Shown here: piece by piece, positions 1 through 9,220 of the stretch
Position numbering within the stretch: the stretch's first letter is position 1
How the letters are laid out: the number at the start of each line of letters is the position of its first letter
Assembly: GCA_012841575.1 (NCBI GenBank)
Contig: DUUL01000039.1
Span: forward strand, 38,954 to 102,953
Source of the DNA: Candidatus Moraniibacteriota bacterium
GTDB lineage: Bacteria > Patescibacteriota > Minisyncoccia > Moranbacterales > DUUL01
Direction: 5' to 3'
Length of the DNA: 64,000 nucleotides
Made by a program: the position numbers and the translations under genes
Notes under the pieces: model-generated
What the model was told of the DNA's origin: nothing
What the model saw: only the letters and a program-made list of their open reading frames with translations
Database searches by the model: none

Positions 1-540
1 ATGTCGCGAATAGGAAAAAAACCAATTGAATTGCCGTCTGGTGTAACCGCTTCCTTAGATGGTCAGATTTTGAAAGTTAAGGGACCTAAGGGAGAATTGA
101 GTTTAAAGGTTAGCTATGAAGTAGCAGTTGAGGTTACGGATAAGAGCATTGAGGTTAAGCAGAAGGGAAAAACTAAAAATGCCCCGATGCTTTGGGGTAC
201 AACTAGGGCCTTAATTAATAATATGGTAATTGGTGTAACAGAGGGATTTGAAAAAACATTAGAGTTGCAAGGAGTGGGTTATAAAATGGCAGTTCAGGGA
301 AATAAACTGAATCTGAATTTGGGATTCTCCCATCCAGTAAATCCAGAAATACCAGAGGGGCTAACGGCAGAAATTGAAAAATCGTTTTTGACAATTAAGG
401 GAATGGATCGGCAAAAGGTGGGGCAATTTGCTGCTGAAATTAGAAGTTTAAAACCAGTTGAGCCATACAAGGGAAGAGGCTTTCGTTATAAAGATGAGGA
501 GGTTATTCGCAAAGAAGGCAAGAAGGCCGCAAGTGAATAG
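1..540 (+). CDS. rplF: 50S ribosomal protein L6
   Basis: MSRIGKKPI start, GVGY and PVEPYKGRG motifs; spc operon order. Confidence 0.98.
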   Translation: MSRIGKKPIELPSGVTASLDGQILKVKGPKGELSLKVSYEVAVEVTDKSIEVKQKGKTKNAPMLWGTTRALINNMVIGVTEGFEKTLELQGVGYKMAVQGNKLNLNLGFSHPVNPEIPEGLTAEIEKSFLTIKGMDRQKVGQFAAEIRSLKPVEPYKGRGFRYKDEEVIRKEGKKAASE

Positions 541-576
541 TGTTAATATTAACTTATAGTTAGTTAAAGTAATCTC

Positions 577-912
577 ATGAATCGTAATACAGCAAGATTA
601 AGAAGAAAAAAAAGAGCTGAAGTGCCAGGCACCGCAAAGCGCCCTCGGCTTTCTGTTTATCGTAGTTTGAGAAAAATCGAAGCTCAAATAATTGATGATG
701 AAGCAGGCAAAACTTTGGTTTCTGCTCAATCAAGCGAAACTGGAATGAAGGATTTTGATTTAAAAGCAGCGGAAAAGCTAGGGGCAATATTAGCAGAAAA
801 GACTAAAAAGGCAGGAATTACTGAAATAGTTTTTGATCGAAGCGGCTATAAATATCATGGAAAGGTAAAGGCCTTAGCAGAGGGAATGCGTAAGGGAGGA
901 ATAAATTTTTAA
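577..912 (+). CDS. rplR: 50S ribosomal protein L18
   Basis: RPRLSVYRS, AQIIDD, VFDRSGYKYHGKVKALA motifs. Confidence 0.97.
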   Translation: MNRNTARLRRKKRAEVPGTAKRPRLSVYRSLRKIEAQIIDDEAGKTLVSAQSSETGMKDFDLKAAEKLGAILAEKTKKAGITEIVFDRSGYKYHGKVKALAEGMRKGGINF

Positions 913-955
913 TAATTTGAATAATTAACTATTCTGAAGTAGCTATTCACTAAAG

Positions 956-1609
956 ATGGAAAACAATAAATTGAACAATCGAAGAAGTAAAAATAAGTTT
1001 CGTCGCTCCAAGCGAGAGCGACCAGAGTTTGATCAAAAAATGATTGACTTGGCGAGAGTAACTCGTGTGGTTAAAGGTGGCCGACGTTTTTCTTTTCGAG
1101 CAACTGTTGTAATCGGCAATCGTAAGGGCAAAGTTTCTTATGGCGTTGCCAAGGGAATGGATGTTTCCTCTGCAATTGGTAAGGCAGTGGCAGCAGCTAA
1201 GAAGAGAATGAGAGAGATTAAAAGAACCAATACAACCATTGCTTTTGAGGTTAATAAAAAACTAGGCGCAGCAGTTATTATGATTAAACCAGCAAAGGAA
1301 GGACGGGGAATTGTTGCAGGTGGTGCAATGCGCTCTGTTTTAGAGTTGGCAGGAATTAAGGATGTTGTGGGAAAGTCATTTGGAACCTCTAATAAAATTA
1401 ACGTGGCAAGAGCAACTATTGCTGCCTTGGAAGACTTAGGTAAGCCGATGGCACAACAGGGGAGAGTGAAAAAAGAAACTAAGCAGCCACAACCAAAATC
1501 AATAATCAAGAAGACAACAAAGAAAGTAGAACAACCGACTGTGAAAAAGGCAGCAATTGAAGAAAAGAAGACAGAGGAGAAAGTGGAAAAGGTAGTTAAT
1601 AAAGAATAA
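956..1609 (+). CDS. rpsE: 30S ribosomal protein S5 with Lys/Glu-rich C-terminal extension
   Basis: RVTRVVKGGRRFSF, GIVAGG, LELAGIKD motifs. Confidence 0.97.
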   Translation: MENNKLNNRRSKNKFRRSKRERPEFDQKMIDLARVTRVVKGGRRFSFRATVVIGNRKGKVSYGVAKGMDVSSAIGKAVAAAKKRMREIKRTNTTIAFEVNKKLGAAVIMIKPAKEGRGIVAGGAMRSVLELAGIKDVVGKSFGTSNKINVARATIAALEDLGKPMAQQGRVKKETKQPQPKSIIKKTTKKVEQPTVKKAAIEEKKTEEKVEKVVNKE

Positions 1610-1619
1610 GTTTATAAGT

Positions 1620-2030
1620 ATGCAAGCACATAATTTAAAATCAGATTCACGGAAAAACGCTAAAAGAATTGCTCGTGGTGGACGAAGGGGAACTTTTAGT
1701 GGCCGTGGTTTAAAAGGACAGAAATCACGTTCTGGTCATTCTCAAAGACCAACCTTTGAAGGAGGCCGCTCTAGTTTGATTTCACGAACTAAAAAGGTGC
1801 GTGGCTTTAAGGCAATTAAAACTCCTTTGCAATTAGTTAATTTAATTTCGATTGAAAGAAAATATCAGGATGGAGAGACTGTTTCTCCAGAAACTTTAAA
1901 ACAAAAAGGATTAATCAAAAAACTTCACCAACAAGTGAAAATACTTGGCAATGGAGAGCTTTCTAAAAAAGTAAAATTCAAAGACGTTGCAATGTCTGGA
2001 GCAGTTAAGGATAAGATCGAAAAAAAGTAA
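1620..2030 (+). CDS. rplO: 50S ribosomal protein L15
   Basis: GRGLKGQKSRSG, FEGG, VKILGNGEL motifs. Confidence 0.97.
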   Translation: MQAHNLKSDSRKNAKRIARGGRRGTFSGRGLKGQKSRSGHSQRPTFEGGRSSLISRTKKVRGFKAIKTPLQLVNLISIERKYQDGETVSPETLKQKGLIKKLHQQVKILGNGELSKKVKFKDVAMSGAVKDKIEKK

Positions 2031-2065
2031 GGCTTTTCCTAAGGATTTATTAAACAAAAATTTCT

Positions 2066-3334
2066 ATGTTCAAAAAATTCAGTCAGCTTTTTAAGGTTAA
2101 AGAACTAAGAAACAAGCTTTTTTTCATCTTGGGAATCTTGGCAGTTTTTCGTTTGGCTGCTAACGTGCCCATTCCTGGGATTGATGCTGAGCAACTAAGA
2201 AGATTTTTTGACAACAATCAATTATTGGGCTTTTTAGATATGTTTTCTGGAGGTGGTTTGAAAAATGTTTCAATTGTGATGTTGGGTGTTGGTCCCTACA
2301 TTACCGCTTCGATTATCATGCAGTTGATGACTATGATTTCTCCTCGGTTGGAGCAGTTATATAAAGAAGAGGGAGAGGCTGGTAGACAAAAGTTTAATAT
2401 GTGGACTAGGTATTTAACAGTGCCATTAGCAGTTTTGCAAGGAGTCGCTATGATTTCTCTTTTCAAAAATAGTGGTTTGCTGGTTAATTTTTCCGCATTT
2501 AATTATGTTATGGCAATTGTAACCGTTACAGCTGGAACTATTTTTATTATGTGGCTGGGTGAGTTAATTACTGAAAAAGGATTGGGAAATGGAGTTTCTT
2601 TGTTAATTTTTGCAGGAATAGTCTCTGGCTTACCAGGAGCAATTCAACAAATTATGGCAACCTGGGACTCAACCCAAATGCTAACTTACGCTGGTTTTCT
2701 TGTGGCTGGTTTAATCACTATTGCTGGAGTGGTCTTGGTAAATGAAGGACAGCGGACTATTCCAATTTCATTTGCTAGAAGATTACGCGGAGGAGGAATG
2801 GGAAATAGCAAATCAACTTTACCACTAAGGGTTAATCATGCTGGAGTAATCCCTATTATCTTTGCGATGTCAATTTTGCAGTTTCCAGCAATTTTAGCAA
2901 CTTTTTTGGCTGGAGTAAGTAATCAAACCATTGCAAATTATGCAGGGAAAATGGCGGATTTATTTGCTAATCAAACATTTCACGGAACATTTTATTTTCT
3001 CTTAGTAGTTGCTTTTACTTACTTCTACACGGCAGTTACTTTTGATCCTAAAAATGTAGCAGAGAATTTGCAGCGTCAAGGTGGCTTTATTCCAGGAATT
3101 CGACCAGGAGTGCCTACAATGGAATATTTAAACAGAATAGTTAACAGAGTGACTTTAACTGGCTCTATTTTCCTAGGTTCTATTGCAGTTTTACCATTTG
3201 TTACTCAAGGGTTTACAGGAATACAAACTCTAACTATTGGAGGAACTGGTATTTTAATTGTTGTTTCAGTGGTATTGGAAATGATGAAGCAAATAGAGGC
3301 GCAGTTAGTGATGAGGGATTATGAAACCTTTTAG
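2066..3334 (+). CDS. secY: preprotein translocase subunit SecY
   Basis: LGVGPYITASIIMQL, GLGNGVSLLIFAGI, GFIPGIRPG, ~10 TM segments. Confidence 0.98.
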   Translation: MFKKFSQLFKVKELRNKLFFILGILAVFRLAANVPIPGIDAEQLRRFFDNNQLLGFLDMFSGGGLKNVSIVMLGVGPYITASIIMQLMTMISPRLEQLYKEEGEAGRQKFNMWTRYLTVPLAVLQGVAMISLFKNSGLLVNFSAFNYVMAIVTVTAGTIFIMWLGELITEKGLGNGVSLLIFAGIVSGLPGAIQQIMATWDSTQMLTYAGFLVAGLITIAGVVLVNEGQRTIPISFARRLRGGGMGNSKSTLPLRVNHAGVIPIIFAMSILQFPAILATFLAGVSNQTIANYAGKMADLFANQTFHGTFYFLLVVAFTYFYTAVTFDPKNVAENLQRQGGFIPGIRPGVPTMEYLNRIVNRVTLTGSIFLGSIAVLPFVTQGFTGIQTLTIGGTGILIVVSVVLEMMKQIEAQLVMRDYETF

Positions 3335-3480
3335 AATGTTAAATTGACTAGAGTTGAGTGGTTTTGATAAGGTGTTGATTTATAAAGAAAATGCACTAAA
3401 CTACAAAGAGGGTAGAAGAAGAGAGAAGTACTTGAAATCAGGACAAGGAAAAGCATTCTTAAGAACATTCATAAAATAAT

Positions 3481-3556
3481 GCGGGTGTCGTATAGTGGCT
3501 TATTATATCAGCCTTCCAAGCTGAGGATGGCGGTTCGATTCCGCTCACCCGCTCCA
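3481..3556 (+). tRNA. tRNA-Gly(TCC), CCA encoded
   Basis: GCGGGTG/CACCCGC acceptor stem, anticodon arm TCAGC-CTTCCAA-GCTGA, T loop GGTTCGATTCC, ends TCCA. Confidence 0.97.
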
Positions 3557-3562
3557 ATGAAG

Positions 3563-3594
3563 AATAGAAAGCGACAATTTTGTCGCTTTCTATT
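3563..3594. terminator. 15-bp inverted repeat just 3' of tRNA-Gly (terminator or processing hairpin)
   Basis: AATAGAAAGCGACAA-TT-TTGTCGCTTTCTATT; no clear U-tract. Confidence 0.6.
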
Positions 3595-3642
3595 GATAAT
3601 AGCTACAGCCTTTAATTATAACATAAACATTCAATTAAGTAA

Positions 3643-3915
3643 ATGGCATTTACTTTAGAAATTATTATTGAACATCCACGAGTTGAATTAGTACTGAGAG
3701 AGAATGAAGAATTAACGGGGCGGGTTAGTTGGGATGATCAAAACAATATTTCAAATAAATTATTGGTAGAAATCGATAAGCTTTTAAAGAAAAATAACTT
3801 AAAAGTTCAAGACTTAAAAAAAGTCTTCACTTCTTCTAATCAAAAATCATATACAGCAAGCAGAATTGCACGGGTGACAGCAAAAACAATCAACTTTTGT
3901 TTAACAGAGAAATAG
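3643..3915 (+). CDS. short TsaB/YeaZ-like protein (N-terminal ASKHA lobe only)
   Basis: SNKLLVEIDKLLKK..L..QDL and SYTASRIARVTAKTI resemble TsaB S.LLP.I..LL and SFTGLRIG..AK; GPG motif degenerate. Confidence 0.65.
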   Translation: MAFTLEIIIEHPRVELVLRENEELTGRVSWDDQNNISNKLLVEIDKLLKKNNLKVQDLKKVFTSSNQKSYTASRIARVTAKTINFCLTEK

Positions 3916-3966
3916 CTTGGCTTTTCTTGGATTAATGATAAAATGAGATGGTATTAACTTAAGTTT

Positions 3967-5064
3967 ATGCAATTTGCTCAAATCCATACCATCCCCGAAG
4001 TATTAGCGCTGGCTAAAATTATTGTTTTAGCAACTCTTTCTTTTCTGCTAGCTTTTTTCCTAACTCCTCTTTGGTCTAAGTTTCTTTATCGTTATAAAAT
4101 TGGAATTAAAATTAAAGACACTGCTGTTGATGGGGAAAAGTTAACTTATGTTGGTAAAATGCATGCGCACAAAGCAGGAACGCCAACAATGGGAGGAGTG
4201 ATCATCTGGGCTAGTATCTTGCTTTTAGCGTGGATTTCTTCTTGGTTAGCACCCTTTCTTTCGGAACAATTAAGAAATGTTTGGGTTAGTCGATTGGATT
4301 TTGTTTCTCGTTCTCAAACCTGGTTGCCCTTATTTGCATTAGCTTCAACTGCTATTCTGGGGTTGGTTGATGATTGGATGAGTGTTAAGCAGATTGGTGG
4401 GAATAAGGGAGGGGGAATGCGCTTTTTTTGGCGTTTGTTTTGGGTTTTTGTTATGGCTGCTTTTGGGGCCTATTGGTTTTACGAAAAACTAGGTTGGAGC
4501 AGCATCCATGTTCCTGGAGTAGATAGTTTTACAATCGGATTGTGGTATATCCCTCTTTTTATTTTCATAATTATTGCTACTGCTTTTTCTTCAAATGAAA
4601 CTGATGGTCTTGATGGTCTAAATGCGGGAATTCTAATTCAAGCCTTTGCCGCTTTCGCTATCATTTCTTTTGCTCAGGATAGAATGAATCTAGCAGCTTT
4701 CTGTGGAGTGACTGCGGGAGCACTTTTGGCTTTTTTGTGGTTTAATTTCTATCCTGCTCGATTTTTTATGGGTGATACAGGTGCTTTTTCTTTGGGAGCA
4801 ACTCTGGGAGTGGTGGCAATGTTGACTAATTCAGTGATAGCTCTTCCGTTGATTGTTTCCATTTACGTTTTAGAGTCACTTTCAGTAATTATTCAGTTAA
4901 CTAGTAAAAAGCTTTTCAAGAAAAAAGTTTTTTTAGCTGCTCCCTTGCATCATCACTTTGAAGCCAAGGGTTGGCCAGAAACTAAGGTAACAGTGCGGTT
5001 TTGGATCATTAACTTAGCATTTGCAATAATTGGTGTCTTGATTGCAATTATTGGCAGCGGTTGA
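3967..5064 (+). CDS. mraY: phospho-N-acetylmuramoyl-pentapeptide transferase
   Basis: KAGTPTMGG, GLVDD, NETDGLDGL, FMGDTG, APLHHHFE motifs. Confidence 0.96.
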   Translation: MQFAQIHTIPEVLALAKIIVLATLSFLLAFFLTPLWSKFLYRYKIGIKIKDTAVDGEKLTYVGKMHAHKAGTPTMGGVIIWASILLLAWISSWLAPFLSEQLRNVWVSRLDFVSRSQTWLPLFALASTAILGLVDDWMSVKQIGGNKGGGMRFFWRLFWVFVMAAFGAYWFYEKLGWSSIHVPGVDSFTIGLWYIPLFIFIIIATAFSSNETDGLDGLNAGILIQAFAAFAIISFAQDRMNLAAFCGVTAGALLAFLWFNFYPARFFMGDTGAFSLGATLGVVAMLTNSVIALPLIVSIYVLESLSVIIQLTSKKLFKKKVFLAAPLHHHFEAKGWPETKVTVRFWIINLAFAIIGVLIAIIGSG

Positions 5065-5107
5065 TTTTTAATCCAATCTTAAGCCTTGATTTAAAGAATA
5101 ATTAAAG

Positions 5108-6298
5108 ATGAAACTTTTTTTAATTAAATTGGGCAAGGCCTTTACAGCTCTGAAAAGAGATGGTTTTTTTATTGGTGGCAAGAGAATTCTAGACTATCTT
5201 TTTCAATTTATTAGGACAATTTTGGGTTCTTTTCGATCGGGGGAGGCGTTGATTATTGCTAGTGGTGTTGGTGATAGCTCACATTATCGTGCTTTTAACG
5301 TGGCAGAGGAGTTAAATCTACAAGGAATAAAAACTGTAGTTACTATGCAAGACAACCCTTTGCTTTCAGTGTTGGTTAATAGGTTTCAAGTTTTCATTTT
5401 TCAACGCACAATTGTCACTCCAAAGGTCAAAAAAATGATTCATAAGATTAAGCAACAGAAAAAAGAAATTATTTTTGAAACAGACGACTTAGTTTTTGAC
5501 ACAAAGTTTATGCATGCAACAGATGGCTATAAAAATATGAGTTCCTTTGAAAAAATGCAATATACCAAGGGAGTGGGTGAGGAAATTTTAGCAGATCCCT
5601 ACGTAAAAACCTGCACCACTACCACAACTTACATCGCTAAAATTTTAAAAGCAAGAAAAAAGCAGGTTTTTATAGTGCCCAATAAGCTTAATCAAGCAGA
5701 GCTTAAAATTGCTAATGATTTATTAAAAAATCAGCAAAAGAGAAAAGACAATTTGGTAAAGTTGGGTTATTTTAGCGGAACAATGAGTCACAATCGAGAT
5801 TTTGCGACTATCACTGATGCTTTAATCAAATTATTCGAGCAATATCCACAGATGAGACTGGTTTTGGTGGGTCCTCTGGAGACAGAAAATAGACTTAATC
5901 AATTTAAGGATCGGATTGAAAGTTTACCTCTAGTTTCAAGAGAAAAGCACTATAATAATATTTTCCAAGTAGACATTAATTTAGCTCCATTAGAACTGGG
6001 AGATCCTTTTTGTGAAGCTAAGAGTGAGTTGAAATTTTTTGAAGCGGGAATTTTAGAAGTGCCAACGGTTGCGGTTAGCAACGAGACTTTTTCTGGTGCA
6101 ATTAAAGACGGAGTGGATGGATTTTTAGCAAAAAATACAAATGAATGGAGAGATAAGTTAGGACAGTTAATTGAAAACAAAGAACTGAGGAGGGAAATTG
6201 GACAAGCAGCTAGAAAGAAAGTTTTAGAAAAATACACTGTTAAAAATTCTAAAAACACTGTATACTATGACTACATTAACTCCTGTTTAAATAAATAA
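5108..6298 (+). CDS. GT-B fold glycosyltransferase (GT4-like)
   Basis: FETDDLVFD, LGYFSGT, DINLAPL, KSELKFFEAG, DGVDGFLA. Confidence 0.85.
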   Translation: MKLFLIKLGKAFTALKRDGFFIGGKRILDYLFQFIRTILGSFRSGEALIIASGVGDSSHYRAFNVAEELNLQGIKTVVTMQDNPLLSVLVNRFQVFIFQRTIVTPKVKKMIHKIKQQKKEIIFETDDLVFDTKFMHATDGYKNMSSFEKMQYTKGVGEEILADPYVKTCTTTTTYIAKILKARKKQVFIVPNKLNQAELKIANDLLKNQQKRKDNLVKLGYFSGTMSHNRDFATITDALIKLFEQYPQMRLVLVGPLETENRLNQFKDRIESLPLVSREKHYNNIFQVDINLAPLELGDPFCEAKSELKFFEAGILEVPTVAVSNETFSGAIKDGVDGFLAKNTNEWRDKLGQLIENKELRREIGQAARKKVLEKYTVKNSKNTVYYDYINSCLNK

Positions 6299-6318
6299 AG
6301 CAGGCAATTGTTTTTACT

Positions 6319-7101
6319 ATGAAAAAACAGCACGAAAACTACCAAGAGCTAATTTGGAGATTGGCAAAAACTGATTTTAAACTACGCTACCAAGGTTCAA
6401 TTCTGGGTTATTTTTGGGCTTTGCTTAAGCCAATGCTGACTTTTACGGTCTTATATTTTGTATTTTCTTCAATTTTCAATCCACGCAACTCTGATGGAGT
6501 GTCAACTTATTCGCTGGAATTATTAGTTGGTATTTTAATGTATAGCTTTTTTGCTGAAGGTACTGGCGCTGGCTTAAGCTCTTTGATGAGTAAAGCTCAG
6601 TTGGTAACAAAAATATATGTGCCTCGCTGGACAATTATTCTAGCTGCTACAATTAATTCTGCAATGATTTACTCAATGAATTTGCTGATAATCGTTGCAT
6701 TATTTGCGATTAAGGGCTTTCTACCAGAATGGCAGGCTGTAGCACTCTTCTTTTTGTTTTCCTTTTTCATTTATATTCTAATTGTATCTTTCAGTTTTAT
6801 TGCTGCGCCGCTTTTTGTTAAATTTCGTGATCTTTCAATGATCTGGGAAGTATTGTTGATGATTATTATGTATGCTTCGCCAATCATTTATCCTTTGGTT
6901 ACCTTGCCTGCAAAGTATCATCAGTTAATTCTATTAAACCCAGTAGCATTTATTGTGCACTTTACTAAAGAATCATTAATTCATGCACACTATGCTGATC
7001 CGTCACAATATCTAATCTTTATTATCATGCTAATTGCTTTCTTTGTGTCTAGTATTTTTATTTATCAAAAAATGATCAAGCGAGTTGCTGAAAATATGTA
7101 A
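6319..7101 (+). CDS. wzm: polysaccharide ABC transporter permease (Wzm/TagG family)
   Basis: DFKLRYQGSILGYFWALLKP, FRDL, YASPIIYP, LNP; 6 TM. Confidence 0.93.
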   Translation: MKKQHENYQELIWRLAKTDFKLRYQGSILGYFWALLKPMLTFTVLYFVFSSIFNPRNSDGVSTYSLELLVGILMYSFFAEGTGAGLSSLMSKAQLVTKIYVPRWTIILAATINSAMIYSMNLLIIVALFAIKGFLPEWQAVALFFLFSFFIYILIVSFSFIAAPLFVKFRDLSMIWEVLLMIIMYASPIIYPLVTLPAKYHQLILLNPVAFIVHFTKESLIHAHYADPSQYLIFIIMLIAFFVSSIFIYQKMIKRVAENM

Positions 7102-7105
7102 AAAT

Positions 7106-8437
7106 ATGAAAAAACCTATTGCCATTAAAGTAAATAATTTATCTAAGACCTTTGTAATTCCGCATGAGAAAATTACCTCTTTACGCTCAGCAGCAATTAC
7201 CGTTTTCAAGAAGAAGGGCTATGAGGAATTCGAGGCGTTGGATGATGTTTCTTTTGAAATAAAAAAAGGGGAATTTTTTGGAATCATTGGGCGTAATGGG
7301 AGTGGAAAATCAACCTTGCTGAAAATTTTAGCAGGAATCTACACTCCAGATCAGGGGAGTGTTAGAGTTGATGGTCTAATCTCACCATTTTTAGAGCTAG
7401 GGATTGGATTTAATCCAGAGCTTTCTGGGCGGGATAATATTTATCTTAATGCGACTGTCTTGGGAATGAGTGAGAAAGAAGTGGATGAGAAATTTGATGA
7501 GATTGTACACTTTTCAGAGCTGGGCAGATTTATTGATCAAAAATTGAAAAATTATTCTTCTGGAATGAGAGTGCGTTTAGCATTTTCTGTTTCAATTCAT
7601 GCCAACAGGGAAATTTTGCTGATGGATGAAGTTTTGGCGGTGGGAGATAATAACTTTCAATCAAAGTGTTTGGAAGAATTCAGAAAATATAAATCAATGG
7701 GCAGGACAGTGGTTTTAGTGACTCATGATATAAATGTAGTGCGTCGTTATTGCGACCGGGCAATGTTGTTGCGTCAGGGCAAGATTGTTTCTATTGGAGA
7801 TGTGAATAAGGTAACGGATCAGTATGTTTTTGATAATATGAGTGATGAAGAGAAGCGACTTTTGGAAGAAGAAAAATATCGTGTAAAAAAAGAAGCCGAA
7901 GAGAAGGCAAGAAGAGAGCGAGAGGATAAAATTAAACTAGCTAAAGCAAAGAAAGAACAACTTGCTTTAGAAAAAAAGAAGATTGAGGAAGAAAAAAAGG
8001 CTAAAGCAGAAAAAGAAAGGAATAGGTTTGTTGAAATTACAAAAGTAGAATTTTTAGGTAAAGAAGGGAGAGATAAGAAGGTTTTTGAGACAGGGGAAAA
8101 GGTTTCGATAAAAATCAAGTATAAAGTTATTAAGCCTTACAAGGAATTAAATTTTGGTGTCGGATTGCATGCTGTTTCGGGAGGTCAGATCTTTGGCTAT
8201 AATACACAAATGGATGATATTGAAGTTCAAGATAATAAAACAGAGTTAACACTAGCATTTGATTCTTTACCTCTTCTGGAGGGAGAATATTTTGTTAATA
8301 TTGCTTGCTGGGGTGCTGTTGAACAAAGTCACTATGACTTTAAGCCTAACTACGCAACCTTGAAGTTTTTTGCAAAGGGTAGAAAAGGAAAGTATAGAGG
8401 GTTTGTTGATATACCACATAAATGGCTAGATAGTTGA
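7106..8437 (+). CDS. wzt: polysaccharide ABC transporter ATPase with charged helical linker and C-terminal carbohydrate-binding domain (ATG at 7106 preferred over TTG at 7085)
   Basis: Walker A GRNGSGKST, YSSGM signature, LLMDEVLAVGD; C-terminal beta-rich Wzt_C-like domain (FETGE..., LPLLEGEY). Confidence 0.93.
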   Translation: MKKPIAIKVNNLSKTFVIPHEKITSLRSAAITVFKKKGYEEFEALDDVSFEIKKGEFFGIIGRNGSGKSTLLKILAGIYTPDQGSVRVDGLISPFLELGIGFNPELSGRDNIYLNATVLGMSEKEVDEKFDEIVHFSELGRFIDQKLKNYSSGMRVRLAFSVSIHANREILLMDEVLAVGDNNFQSKCLEEFRKYKSMGRTVVLVTHDINVVRRYCDRAMLLRQGKIVSIGDVNKVTDQYVFDNMSDEEKRLLEEEKYRVKKEAEEKARREREDKIKLAKAKKEQLALEKKKIEEEKKAKAEKERNRFVEITKVEFLGKEGRDKKVFETGEKVSIKIKYKVIKPYKELNFGVGLHAVSGGQIFGYNTQMDDIEVQDNKTELTLAFDSLPLLEGEYFVNIACWGAVEQSHYDFKPNYATLKFFAKGRKGKYRGFVDIPHKWLDS

Positions 8438-8453
8438 GTCAGAAAATTTTTTA

Positions 8454-9176
8454 ATGTTTTATAATATGCAAAAAGACAAGTTTTTTTGTCCATTCTGTGA
8501 TGAAGTTAAACCATTTAAGGACTTTGGTAATCCACCTAGGAAAAACGTACAATGCGAAGAGTGTAAATCATTGGAAAGACATCGTTTTTTATTTTATATT
8601 TACAACTTTTTATTTTTGGGTGCTGAAAATAAAATAAAATTATTGCACTTGGCACCAGAATATAGTCTTTATAAATTAATTACGAAAAATAAAAATATTG
8701 AGTATGTTTCTGCAGACTTATCTCCAGAAAGATTTAATTTTACGAACTGTAAAAAAGAGAACTTTTGCGACATGACATTTAAGGATAAGCAGTTTGATGT
8801 TATACTTTTGAATCAGGTAATGGAGCATATTGAGGATGAACAGAGATGTCTCCTAGAAATAAAAAGATGTTTGAAGGATGATGGTATCGTTATTATAAAC
8901 ATTCCCTATAAAGTTGGATTGGTTGAGACCCTGGAAGATGCTAATATTAAGAGTGAAAAGGATAGAGAAAAATATTATGGCCAAAGTGATCATGTGAGAT
9001 TGTATGGTGAGGATGCAGGAAGAAGATTTGAGAAGGCAGGATTTTTAGTTTTTAGGATAAGTGAAAAAGCCTTTGATAAAAAAACTATAAATCGATCAAA
9101 CATGCTTTCTATAAATAGCGATGGCATTAATCCTGGCGGATATTTTTGGTTAAGAAAGGCAGTAGAAAATAGTTAA
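8454..9176 (+). CDS. class I SAM-dependent methyltransferase with N-terminal Cys4 zinc-finger
   Basis: CPFC...CEECKSLERHR, LLHLAPE, FDVILLNQVMEHI, YGQSDHVRLYG. Confidence 0.85.
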   Translation: MFYNMQKDKFFCPFCDEVKPFKDFGNPPRKNVQCEECKSLERHRFLFYIYNFLFLGAENKIKLLHLAPEYSLYKLITKNKNIEYVSADLSPERFNFTNCKKENFCDMTFKDKQFDVILLNQVMEHIEDEQRCLLEIKRCLKDDGIVIINIPYKVGLVETLEDANIKSEKDREKYYGQSDHVRLYGEDAGRRFEKAGFLVFRISEKAFDKKTINRSNMLSINSDGINPGGYFWLRKAVENS

Positions 9177-9220
9177 ACAAGAAAGAGAGTTTTTATAAAT
9201 TTCTATATTTATTTTTTAAA

